Assembly (NCBI GenBank): GCA_049517415.1
Contig: JBEKSC010000025.1
Location: 1 to 44,167 of the forward strand
Source: Candidatus Bathyarchaeia archaeon
GTDB taxonomy: Archaea > Thermoproteota > Bathyarchaeia > 40CM-2-53-6
DNA length: 44,167 nucleotides
Reading direction: 5' to 3'
The position numbers were made by a program, and so were the translations under genes. Each line of letters starts with the position of its first letter. Position 1 is the first letter of the stretch. Shown here in pieces: positions 18,827 through 27,284 of this stretch. Under the pieces are notes generated by a model, which worked only from the letters and a program-made list of their open reading frames with translations, searched no databases and was not told the DNA's origin.

Positions 18827-20293
18827 CTAACCTCCCAAGACCATTTTCACGACAGGTAAGAGCAGTTTCTCAACGAGGTCTGGGTACACGCCGAGGACGA
18901 GTGAGATTGCGGCGAGTACAAGAAGCGGCCCGGTAACGGTCCAGGGTGCCTCGGTGACACTGCTCAACTCATCAGGCAATTTGCCAAAGAAAATTCGCTT
19001 CACAGCCCAAAGTGAGTAGCCTGCAGTTAGCGCTGTCGAGGCCACACCCAAGAACGAAAGCCCAATCCGCAACATCGAGTTTAACGCGAATGCTTCGTTG
19101 AAGCTCCCCGCAAAAATTAAGAATTCAGAAATAAAGCCAGTTGTTGGCGGGATGCCCATTATCGTGAGGAAACCGATTATTGCAGCGGTGGTTGTGATAG
19201 GCATCTTCGAGGCGAGCCCGCCCATTTTACGAATGCTCCGCAGGCCATGAGCCTGCATGATTATCGTGCCGGCCACCATGAAGAGAATTCCCTTTCCAAG
19301 CCCATGGGTGACATATTGAAACATGCTACCCGATACTCCCAGAGCTTGAACCGATGAAATGCCGAGCAGAATGTATCCCATTTGACTTATACTCGAATAG
19401 GCCAGCAGTCGCTTAATGTCGTCTTGCACCAGCGCCATGGCTCCGCCATAAAACATCGTAACTACAGCCCAGATTGCGAGAGCTGTGGAGATTTCAAAGA
19501 ATGCGGTAGGCAGAATTGTCATGACAAGCCGTACGATCGCGTAACCGCCTATTCCAATCATTGCCGGTGATAGGAGAGCGCTGACAGGCGTCGGAGCTTC
19601 TGCGTGGGCGTGGGGCAACCAAATGTGCAACCCAAATGCAGCCATCTTGACCAAGAGTCCCACAACCATTAAACTGACAATCCAAATCCGAAGATTCGCT
19701 GGGATAGCTGAGGCTACAATTTTTGCTAGGTCGAATTGAAATCCGCTCAGATACCCAACAGAGAGGATTCCCGCCAGGAAAGACAATGCGCCAATATGCG
19801 TCCACATGAAGTACATGAAGGAGATTCTATCCCTGTCGCCGTACCCCCATTTCGCTATTAAGAAGTAAGATGGTATGAGCATAAGCTCGAAGAACAGGTA
19901 GAATTCTATGAGGTTCGTTGCCAGTACTGCTCCCATCATTCCCACTGAATATAATGTGAAGAGCGCGTAGAAGAGGCCGAACTGTTTCTTATCGTCGCCA
20001 ATGATGTGCTGCATGTATGGCATTGAGTAGATGGACATCAAGGTGCACAGTAGTGCGATTGTGAAGAGAATTGGGACACTCAATCCGTCGGCGTTGAAGC
20101 CGAATAGCCCGATGGGACTCCAGTTATAGTATTCTTGAACCCCACCCTGCGAGCCCGCGAGAAGGGTCAAGAAGGTCGAGTAGGCAAGCGCTGCGAAGGA
20201 GAGCCAACCCGCTTTCGCTCCCCATCTAATGCCGGCTGCATAAGTGATGAAAACGAAAAGAAGTGGGACTAGAAGAATTTGGAGGAGCTGCAT
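18827..20293 (-). CDS. nuoM: Complex I subunit M, first copy (SPAMIG variant)
   Basis: FFELMLIP, VKMAAFGLHIWLPHAHAEAPTP, KRLLAYSS, FISEF. Confidence 0.92.
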   Translation of the reverse strand: MQLLQILLVPLLFVFITYAAGIRWGAKAGWLSFAALAYSTFLTLLAGSQGGVQEYYNWSPIGLFGFNADGLSVPILFTIALLCTLMSIYSMPYMQHIIGDDKKQFGLFYALFTLYSVGMMGAVLATNLIEFYLFFELMLIPSYFLIAKWGYGDRDRISFMYFMWTHIGALSFLAGILSVGYLSGFQFDLAKIVASAIPANLRIWIVSLMVVGLLVKMAAFGLHIWLPHAHAEAPTPVSALLSPAMIGIGGYAIVRLVMTILPTAFFEISTALAIWAVVTMFYGGAMALVQDDIKRLLAYSSISQMGYILLGISSVQALGVSGSMFQYVTHGLGKGILFMVAGTIIMQAHGLRSIRKMGGLASKMPITTTAAIIGFLTIMGIPPTTGFISEFLIFAGSFNEAFALNSMLRIGLSFLGVASTALTAGYSLWAVKRIFFGKLPDELSSVTEAPWTVTGPLLVLAAISLVLGVYPDLVEKLLLPVVKMVLGG

Positions 20294-20305
20294 GTACAAT
20301 GAGGT

Positions 20306-20614
20306 TCATCCCTTCAGTTTGTTCAGTTTCCTAACGTCTATGCTGCCGTTAAGTCTGAAAGCGACGAGAATGAGGGCTAGACCGACCGCCGCCTCCATGG
20401 CGGCAGCTGCGATAGAATAGAATACGATGACCTGGCCGGATACCTGGGGCGGACTCATGTACCGTGTGAATGCTGCGAAGTTCAGGTTAGCTGCGTTAAC
20501 GATGATTTCTATAGCGAACAGGAGGCGCATCGCATTCTTCTTCACGCTAAGCCCATAGACACCAATTCCGAGTAGCGCAGCTGAGACTATGAGGTAACTA
20601 GTTAAGGCGACCAT
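20306..20614 (-). CDS. nuoK: Complex I subunit K
   Basis: IEIIVNAANLN, GQV, AAMEAAVGLA, LNKLKG. Confidence 0.95.
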   Translation of the reverse strand: MVALTSYLIVSAALLGIGVYGLSVKKNAMRLLFAIEIIVNAANLNFAAFTRYMSPPQVSGQVIVFYSIAAAAMEAAVGLALILVAFRLNGSIDVRKLNKLKG

Positions 20615-21130
20615 TTACTGCTCCTCCAACTTTGCTAAGACCAGTGCTCCGAGAAGTGCTGCGGACAGGAGTAATGCAAGTATGAGGAGCGGAACGGGGT
20701 AGCTTATGGCAAGCACAGGCCCCAATTCGGAAACCGGCAAATTGGCCGGTGGAGCAGTTTCCGGGAGGTTAGGACCTGCTAGGGCCGCGACGCCAGCGAT
20801 TGAGACCGCGAGTAGACCTGCGATCCACAGGCCCATCGACCCCTCACCGCCTTCTTCACGCTCTGCTGTCTCTCCCGCAACTTCGCGTCGTACAAGCATG
20901 ATTGTAAAGAGAATTAGAACCACGACGGCGCCAACGTAAACCGCGATTTGAAGCATCGCGAGGTAAGGTGCGTCCAGAAAAACGAAGAAACCTGCAACCC
21001 CGATGAAACTGATCGCGAGTGAGATGGCTCCGTAGATGAGCTCTTTTGCTTGAAGAGCCATAATCGCTGCAACGACGGTTACTGTGGCAAGTATGATGAA
21101 AGGAACGTCTGGTGGAATGCCCAAGTCCAC
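20615..21130 (-). CDS. nuoJ: Complex I subunit J
   Basis: LDAPYLAMLQIAVYVGAVVVLILFTIML. Confidence 0.93.
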   Translation of the reverse strand: MDLGIPPDVPFIILATVTVVAAIMALQAKELIYGAISLAISFIGVAGFFVFLDAPYLAMLQIAVYVGAVVVLILFTIMLVRREVAGETAEREEGGEGSMGLWIAGLLAVSIAGVAALAGPNLPETAPPANLPVSELGPVLAISYPVPLLILALLLSAALLGALVLAKLEEQ

Positions 21131-21134
21131 TAGT

Positions 21135-22166
21135 TCAAAGCCCCCACGTAGACAGTATTCCTGAGTTTAGAATGAGGACGGTCAGGAAGACGTTAGCTAT
21201 GGCGATGATGAGCAACCGCGTCCACCCAATTCTGATGAGCATGTCAACCCTAATCCTCGGGTAGACTCCACGTGGTATGATTATGAAGGTTGCAACGAGT
21301 AAGGTCTTCAATATGAACCAGACCGGTTGGGGAAGGAACGCAGGCCCCCACCAACCACCAAGAAAGAGGACAGTGATGAGAGAAGACATCAAATACAGTT
21401 TCATGTAGAGCGCCAAGAATAACACCATGAAAATTGCTCCGCTCGATTCTGTGTACCACCCGGCTACGAGTTCAGGCTCCGCTTCCGGCAGATCGAATGG
21501 TAACCTTTCGAGCTCAGCCATGGCAGCTATGAAGAAAACGACGAAGGATAGAAACGCGGGAACGACGAACCAGATTTTCTGTTGAGCGTTGACTATGTCA
21601 ACCAAGCTAAGTGAACCTGCTAACATGACAACGCTAAGGGCAGAGATCCACATCGGAATCTCATAGGCGACTTGTTGAAATAGTGAACGCAAGCCGCCCA
21701 AGAATGGGTACTTGCTATTGCTCGCCCACGCAAAAATCAGAATCATACTAGGAAATAGCGAGGTCATCGCGAAGACAAACACCAATCCTACATCCAAGTT
21801 CGCGATTACCCAATGTTGCCCAAAGGGGATCACTGCGAACGGTACCGCGGCAGAGAAGACCAACGCGAGTGGCATCCAAATGAAAAGAGGCTTGTTCGCT
21901 TTGTACGGGATCATGACTTCCTTGAAGATCAACTTCACTCCGTCTGCAATCGGCTGCAGTATTCCTCCTGGCCCGCCGGCGTATAGAGGGCCGATCCTGA
22001 GTTGAATTCTCGCCAAGACTTTTCGTTCATACCAGGTCAGGAACATGACAACTAACATCAGGTGTATGAAGCCTGGAAAGAAGACGATTGTGATGAAGGT
22101 ATGCGATGTGATTACGGCGATAATGAAGGGGATAAGGTCGGCAGGTGTAGTAGGGAAATTTACCAA
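21135..22166 (-). CDS. nuoH: Complex I subunit H
   Basis: ERKVLARIQLRIGP, QPIADGVKLIFKE, AYEIP, ELERLPFDLPEAEPELVAG, PRIRVD. Confidence 0.96.
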   Translation of the reverse strand: MVNFPTTPADLIPFIIAVITSHTFITIVFFPGFIHLMLVVMFLTWYERKVLARIQLRIGPLYAGGPGGILQPIADGVKLIFKEVMIPYKANKPLFIWMPLALVFSAAVPFAVIPFGQHWVIANLDVGLVFVFAMTSLFPSMILIFAWASNSKYPFLGGLRSLFQQVAYEIPMWISALSVVMLAGSLSLVDIVNAQQKIWFVVPAFLSFVVFFIAAMAELERLPFDLPEAEPELVAGWYTESSGAIFMVLFLALYMKLYLMSSLITVLFLGGWWGPAFLPQPVWFILKTLLVATFIIIPRGVYPRIRVDMLIRIGWTRLLIIAIANVFLTVLILNSGILSTWGL

Positions 22167-22167
22167 G

Positions 22168-22530
22168 TTACCAATTCTCCCTGTGAAGAGCCAGGCGGAG
22201 CGAATAGCCTAAGGGCGCCGCTAGCAGAAACAGAAAGAGTAGCACGAGAAACGAAGCATTGAGAGGGATCACCCTGTAGCTCATTCCCCATGCAAACAGG
22301 AACATCCCGACGACGTCAAAAACAACGAACATTAGCAAGTATGGATAGTACTGCATGACCAATCGAGTTCTCGCCTCACCTTGCGGAACCTGCCCTGATT
22401 CGAACGGCATATCCCGGAAAGGGTCAGGCTTTCGACGGGACCAAAACATTGGCAATGTCAACAAGGGGCCAGTGAGGAGAAGGATGAGGACGGCCCATAT
22501 GATAATTGCCAGCCAGGGGTTTAACGCCAT
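22168..22530 (-). CDS. nuoA: Complex I subunit A
   Basis: PFESGQVP, QYYPYLLMFVVFDV; ATG at 22530 preferred. Confidence 0.92.
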   Translation of the reverse strand: MALNPWLAIIIWAVLILLLTGPLLTLPMFWSRRKPDPFRDMPFESGQVPQGEARTRLVMQYYPYLLMFVVFDVVGMFLFAWGMSYRVIPLNASFLVLLFLFLLAAPLGYSLRLALHRENW

Positions 22531-22580
22531 TGTTAGCACAAGCACGAGAGGTAAACGGGTTCCTGACTAAACCAACCGAA

Positions 22581-22589
22581 TATAAATAA
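22581..22589 (-). promoter_or_regulatory. TATA box of the nuo operon
   Basis: Minus strand TTATTTATA, ~50 nt upstream of nuoA. Confidence 0.45.
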
Positions 22590-22733
22590 TGCTAATACTC
22601 TGCGCAGAATCGCGCTCGCGCAACTGATTTCAGCGTAGGTATTTTCTTAAGCAACCAGAATTATTACTCGCCGTCTCCAATCTTCGACCACCAGAGACCT
22701 GTCTGAAACACAACGACACGAAGGAATGGGAAA

Positions 22734-22886
22734 ATGGCTTGGCATTCTGCAGGAACTACGCATTTCTGGTGTGCCAAATGCATGAAACAGGTTCCCGCAC
22801 AGTCTGAATTGGTCTTCAAGGAAGGCAAAGTTTTGTGGAAATGGAAATGCAGTTCATGCGGAACCGACTACCTGACCGAAGCATAA
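22734..22886 (+). CDS. 50-aa zinc-ribbon micro-protein (below the ORF-track cut-off)
   Basis: Manual translation MAWHSAGTTHFWCAKCMKQVPAQSELVFKEGKVLWKWKCSSCGTDYLTEA*: two CxxC knuckles; purine-rich sequence upstream; stop 7 nt from the convergent gene's stop. Confidence 0.7.
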   Translation: MAWHSAGTTHFWCAKCMKQVPAQSELVFKEGKVLWKWKCSSCGTDYLTEA

Positions 22887-22893
22887 GCAAAGG

Positions 22894-23811
22894 TTAGAAA
22901 GATCTCTCAAGCGAGTAATCAGCGAAATCTTCCAGTTGCTTACTCTTGCCCGGATCGCGAAGTCCCCTTAATTCCTTCTTTGCCTTATCGACCTGTTCAC
23001 GTGATTTGTTTAGGGCAAATTGCATAGCCTTTTCGTACAGTGCCGCAATCGCAACCTTGTCGGACTCCTTGTCCTCTAGAAGGTTGCTTACTCGTTCACG
23101 CTTCGTCGCTTCGTCCAGATAGTGCATGACTACTAGATTTACGCGCTCTTGCCTCTCCGGATCGCCCGATTGGTCGAGAATGTCATCTTTGATCTGGAAG
23201 GCTATTCCCACAGCTCTACCGTAATTATACAAGCAGTTAACCTCGTCCGCATTCGCACCACCAAGAACTCCGCCAATCCCAGCAGCAGCGCTGAATAGTG
23301 AACCTGTCTTGAGGTCAGCGATGTTTAGGTAATGGTCGATGTCAATTGCAAGCTCCGTTAGAGTATCTAAGATTTCTCCCTTGCTAAGGTCAACAAGTCC
23401 CCAACCCACGAGCCGGGTAATCCTTGGTTCCTTGTACTCAGAGAGAATTTGAACGCCTTTGGATGCGAGAAAGAGCCCAGAGCTAATCGCCTTATCATCA
23501 GCGTAGGCATGCTGGGTCGTGGGAAGACTCCGCCGCAGCCTGTGTTTATCGATAAGGTCATCAAAAATCAACGATGCCGCATGGAGAAATTCCATCGCGA
23601 CAGCGGCGTCGAGGGCATGTTCCATCTTTCCGCCGACACTCTCGGAAGCCAATAAGACCAATATTGGTCGGAGCCTTTTGCCGCCGGTTCTAAAGGTATA
23701 CTTCACAAGCTCGTTTGCTTCGCTTTGCTCAAAACCAGTTGAGAGCAGTTCGTCGAGTCGCTTATTGACGAAAGCCCGCTTTTCATCTAGCAGTGTTTGG
23801 AAGTCGTTCAT
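22894..23811 (-). CDS. trans-Polyprenyl diphosphate synthase
   Basis: GGKRLRP, FARM DDLIDxxxxRR, KT, SARM FQIKDDILD. Confidence 0.92.
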   Translation of the reverse strand: MNDFQTLLDEKRAFVNKRLDELLSTGFEQSEANELVKYTFRTGGKRLRPILVLLASESVGGKMEHALDAAVAMEFLHAASLIFDDLIDKHRLRRSLPTTQHAYADDKAISSGLFLASKGVQILSEYKEPRITRLVGWGLVDLSKGEILDTLTELAIDIDHYLNIADLKTGSLFSAAAGIGGVLGGANADEVNCLYNYGRAVGIAFQIKDDILDQSGDPERQERVNLVVMHYLDEATKRERVSNLLEDKESDKVAIAALYEKAMQFALNKSREQVDKAKKELRGLRDPGKSKQLEDFADYSLERSF

Positions 23812-23898
23812 CCGGCTCCACGAATCTGTTTTTGCGCGAAAGAGTGCGGTACCCGTTATAAATGCTAGCTATGAATGCTAGTCAGGGATCAAACACCC

Positions 23899-23912
23899 TT
23901 GGGAGTCAACCT
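23899..23912 (+). repeat. 14-bp direct repeat, copy 1 (TTGGGAGTCAACCT), abutting the tpiA stop
   Basis: Identical to 24644-24657. Confidence 0.6.
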
Positions 23913-24602
23913 CTAAGAGTACTTCTGAACGGCCTCGCAGAATTCTCGCAACACACGTTCTGGTGCAGGTGCCTTAACTATGCCACTTGCAACTAGAACT
24001 CCCTGTGTCCCAAGCTTCAACGCCGCGTGAACATCTTCCCCCGTCGTTATTCCAGCACCGCACAAGATCTTGACTTGGCCATTCACGGTGCGGATTCTCC
24101 TGACGGATTCGATGATAATCTCAGGTCTCTCTTTTGAAACAGCACGTCCTGATCCAATCAGTTCGGGTGGCTCGATGGCCACCATATCCGGTTCCAAAAG
24201 CGCGACTGCAGCACCCAACCTAGCAGTTCCAGCGCAAACCACCGTTGCCAACCCAACATCTCGAGCGTGTTCAATTGATTTCTCGATTTCTGGAAGTTTC
24301 AAGTTTCTTTCAGAATGATTGATGAGCGTTCCTGACGCCCCTGCCGCACTAACAGACTCTGCGAGTACGTGGCCAGTGAAAGCACCGGGTGATATTGGGT
24401 CTATGTGCTGGGCGAAGACAGGCATCTCAACATTGGCTGCAACCTGCTCGATGTCACAAAATTGAGGGGCCACCCCCACTTTAACGCCCGTCTCTGCTCC
24501 GACTTTTTCCAATTTGAGCGCGAGTTCAATCGCTTTCTTCCCGGTCGCCTCAAGATAGGTCTTGAAGTTGACCAGCAAGAAAGGTTCGATCTGAGTTGCC
24601 AT
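23913..24602 (-). CDS. tpiA: Archaeal triosephosphate isomerase
   Basis: NFKTY, AQHID, LINHSE, AIEPPELIG, CGAGI, VLVASG. Confidence 0.97.
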   Translation of the reverse strand: MATQIEPFLLVNFKTYLEATGKKAIELALKLEKVGAETGVKVGVAPQFCDIEQVAANVEMPVFAQHIDPISPGAFTGHVLAESVSAAGASGTLINHSERNLKLPEIEKSIEHARDVGLATVVCAGTARLGAAVALLEPDMVAIEPPELIGSGRAVSKERPEIIIESVRRIRTVNGQVKILCGAGITTGEDVHAALKLGTQGVLVASGIVKAPAPERVLREFCEAVQKYS

Positions 24603-24643
24603 GCTATGTCACTTGCCTAATGGCAGGGCACATGTAAGAAACT

Positions 24644-24657
24644 TTGGGAGTCAACCT
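24644..24657 (+). repeat. 14-bp direct repeat, copy 2, upstream of tpiA
   Basis: Identical to 23899-23912. Confidence 0.6.
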
Positions 24658-24775
24658 GGAGAGGGTGGTACAATATGAAGAGCTCGAGAGTATTGCAGCG
24701 GCATCGTTGGATAATGGCCTGATGAGGCACATTATTCACTTGGTTCAAGTCTAGTCGGGAGAGAGCGATTAATCT

Positions 24776-25681
24776 CTACGTTTTCATTGACTGTTCGAAT
24801 TCGTTAATTAGATCACGATTACCTACGTATGTTGGAACTCTTTGGTCATTGCTTGTTGGTTCAACATCAAGGATAGATGCTGTGCCAGTGCTTCCTTTGC
24901 CGCCAGCCTTTTCAGTTATGAAAGCAACTGGATTCGATTCGAACTGCAGCCTTAGTTTGCCGTTAGGTGTGTCGACGAGTTCAGGATAAGCAAAGACTCC
25001 GCCGTAGTAGAGTACCTGATTGAAATCACCCACGAATGACCCGCCGTACCGGAGTTTCAGCGCCCTCTTTTCGAGCGATTGAACGAATTCCTGAACTTTG
25101 GGCGTCCATTTTTGCTTTAGGCCTCCGATTCCGTAGACGCTTCCCTTCTCCGGAAGTGTATGGGGTTTTCCGTTAGAAAAGTATCGCTTGGATACGGACG
25201 CTTTTCCGGAAGGCGCGAAGATGTAGACACCGTCTTTGAGTGCGACGACTGCCTGCGTGTATGGTCCATAAAGGAAGTACATTGCCGCGATTTGATCTCT
25301 GCCCTTCGCTGGCAGACTAGTCTCGCGATAAACTCCGACGATAGTTCCCATCAGGTTGTTGCTTATAATGTTCGAGGAACCGTCGAGTGGATCCAGCGTT
25401 ACGGAAAACTCGCCCTGTTTGAAACTTAGTGGTTGCGGGATCTCTTCGGATGCGACCTGCTTCACTAAGTGGCTTTTGGCCAGCTTCTTCGTAATTAGGT
25501 CGTTTGTCCGGACGTCGATTTCTGCTTGTTTCTCGCCGTATACATTGTATTGATCGGTTCCGCCTAAGCTCTTTGGGATTTGTGTGGCAATTGACAGGCT
25601 GAGCTCAGCAAGAAGAAGGACAAGTTTGCGAAGGCTTCGGTCCTCACTATGCAGTACTTCACCAATGCTCGTTCGGGGCAT
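24776..25681 (-). CDS. fbp: Class 1 fructose-1,6-bisphosphatase
   Basis: NVYGEKQ, SEE, DPLDGSSN, RYGGSFVGD, GKLRLQFESNP. Confidence 0.93.
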   Translation of the reverse strand: MPRTSIGEVLHSEDRSLRKLVLLLAELSLSIATQIPKSLGGTDQYNVYGEKQAEIDVRTNDLITKKLAKSHLVKQVASEEIPQPLSFKQGEFSVTLDPLDGSSNIISNNLMGTIVGVYRETSLPAKGRDQIAAMYFLYGPYTQAVVALKDGVYIFAPSGKASVSKRYFSNGKPHTLPEKGSVYGIGGLKQKWTPKVQEFVQSLEKRALKLRYGGSFVGDFNQVLYYGGVFAYPELVDTPNGKLRLQFESNPVAFITEKAGGKGSTGTASILDVEPTSNDQRVPTYVGNRDLINEFEQSMKT

Positions 25682-25688
25682 CGCGTGG

Positions 25689-26474
25689 CTACCGGGCAAG
25701 TTTCCCAAGTGCTGTCTCGACGCTTTGGCCGTTAAGTATTATCTCTCTTAATGCTGCCGCCATTTCTAGAGGGCGTTCGTGTTGCCAGACATTTCTCCCG
25801 ACCGCCAGACCGGAGGCGCCTGCATCAATAGCACCCTTGACTTGCGTCAAAAAGGCTTCATCAGTTGGAGCTTTTGGCCCTCCCGACATGAAGACTCTTG
25901 CCGCGCCAGCCGATCTCACGGCCCACCTGAAGGCATCGGAATTACCTGTGTATTTGATCTTCACGGCGTCAGCGCCGACTTCTAGGCCAGCTCTTGCCGC
26001 ATATGCTACGATCTCAGGTGCTGTGTCGTTAGTCACTGCTTCGCCCCTCGGGTAGATCCATGCAATTGCAGCTAGGCCCAATTCGTGCGCCTCCTGTTGA
26101 ATCCTTCCAAACTCACTTAGCATGAGATTCTCGTGGGCGCTTCCCAAGTAAATTGTGTACCCTACGGCTTTGGCGCCTAGAGCTCTTGCCTGCTTGACAC
26201 TGCAGATCTGACTCGCTATAGGTTCTCCTTTCGGTAGACTTGTTTTGCCGTTGACCTTGATAACGAGGGGTACCTTTCCATCGTAATACTTCTCAGCGAC
26301 CCCTTTTTGGAATATGAGGCCTGTGAACTTCCCTTTCTCAGCAATCTCTAGAATGTAAGCGGGATCGACACTTTTCTCGTTGAAGTCTTTTGATGGCCCG
26401 TGCTCCAGACCTTGGTCATAAGCTAGTAGGATTCCTTTTCCCTTCCGTAAGAAAGGCCGCATTGAAGGCTTCAT
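25689..26474 (-). CDS. fba: Class I (DhnA-type) fructose-bisphosphate aldolase
   Basis: LAYDQGLEHGP, WIYPRG, GADAVKIKY (Schiff-base Lys), SGG, AVGRNVWQ. Confidence 0.92.
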   Translation of the reverse strand: MKPSMRPFLRKGKGILLAYDQGLEHGPSKDFNEKSVDPAYILEIAEKGKFTGLIFQKGVAEKYYDGKVPLVIKVNGKTSLPKGEPIASQICSVKQARALGAKAVGYTIYLGSAHENLMLSEFGRIQQEAHELGLAAIAWIYPRGEAVTNDTAPEIVAYAARAGLEVGADAVKIKYTGNSDAFRWAVRSAGAARVFMSGGPKAPTDEAFLTQVKGAIDAGASGLAVGRNVWQHERPLEMAAALREIILNGQSVETALGKLAR

Positions 26475-26675
26475 CTGCAATCAACAGATTCATCCCATGG
26501 CATTGAATAAAAAGTTCCCTTCAAATTACCTGAAACCGATTTTTGATTCACAAAACTGCTCGGGTAACGGCATTTCGCTCCGACGCCTACCTCACAGAAC
26601 TTCTTGGATCTTTGGGTAACAAGCGGCGTGCGTCAAGAACCATGTCAAGTAGGGAACAGGTGCAACCGAATCGAC

Positions 26676-27119
26676 TTAGGAGAGCAATTCAGCGAGCCGT
26701 ACGTGCTCGATCTTCATACAGCGATCCATGACCACACTCAGGCCCGCTTCTTTCGCCTTTGAGGCGGCCTCCTCGTTCACAATCCCCAGCTGCATCCACA
26801 TGGCTTTTGGTCTGCCAAAGCTCTTGTGCAGCTGAATCGCTTCATCTACTATCGGTGGCACATCATCGGTGCGCCTGAATATGTCGACAACATCAATCTC
26901 GTGTTTCAGTTGTTCCGGAAGGTCGAGTAACGACTTGTATGATCGTTCGCCAAGAACCTCGTCCACCATAGGATTGACGGGCACAATCCTGTAACCATGA
27001 GACTTCAAGTAGCTGGCAACATCGTTGCTTGGCCTCGATGGGTCTTTCGATAAGCCAACAACGCCAATGGTCTTTAGTTTCAGAATTTTAGCGATTAATC
27101 CGTCGGTTTCGGATAACAT
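26676..27119 (-). CDS. CoA-binding protein (YccU-like)
   Basis: VVGLSKDPSRPS, PVNP, DVVDIFR, WMQLGI, VMDRC. Confidence 0.93.
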   Translation of the reverse strand: MLSETDGLIAKILKLKTIGVVGLSKDPSRPSNDVASYLKSHGYRIVPVNPMVDEVLGERSYKSLLDLPEQLKHEIDVVDIFRRTDDVPPIVDEAIQLHKSFGRPKAMWMQLGIVNEEAASKAKEAGLSVVMDRCMKIEHVRLAELLS

Positions 27120-27284
27120 GGGCCATAGGGTAAGGGTGAAATCCGATTGATTAATTCATCGTTGAGATCCGTCTCGGGTTGACCTAATTACCACCGCGTT
27201 TGCCATATAGAGAGGTATAGGGACTTTTGGCGCCTTTCATAGAAGCTCATATTAGTGTTCAACATGAATCCCTTTCGATTTCAG

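Noticed and set aside
15274..20614. Antiporter-like genes as an Mrp antiporter or Mbh/Mbx complex
   Set aside because: nuoA, H, J, K and N are present, while MrpE/F/G and hydrogenase subunits are absent.
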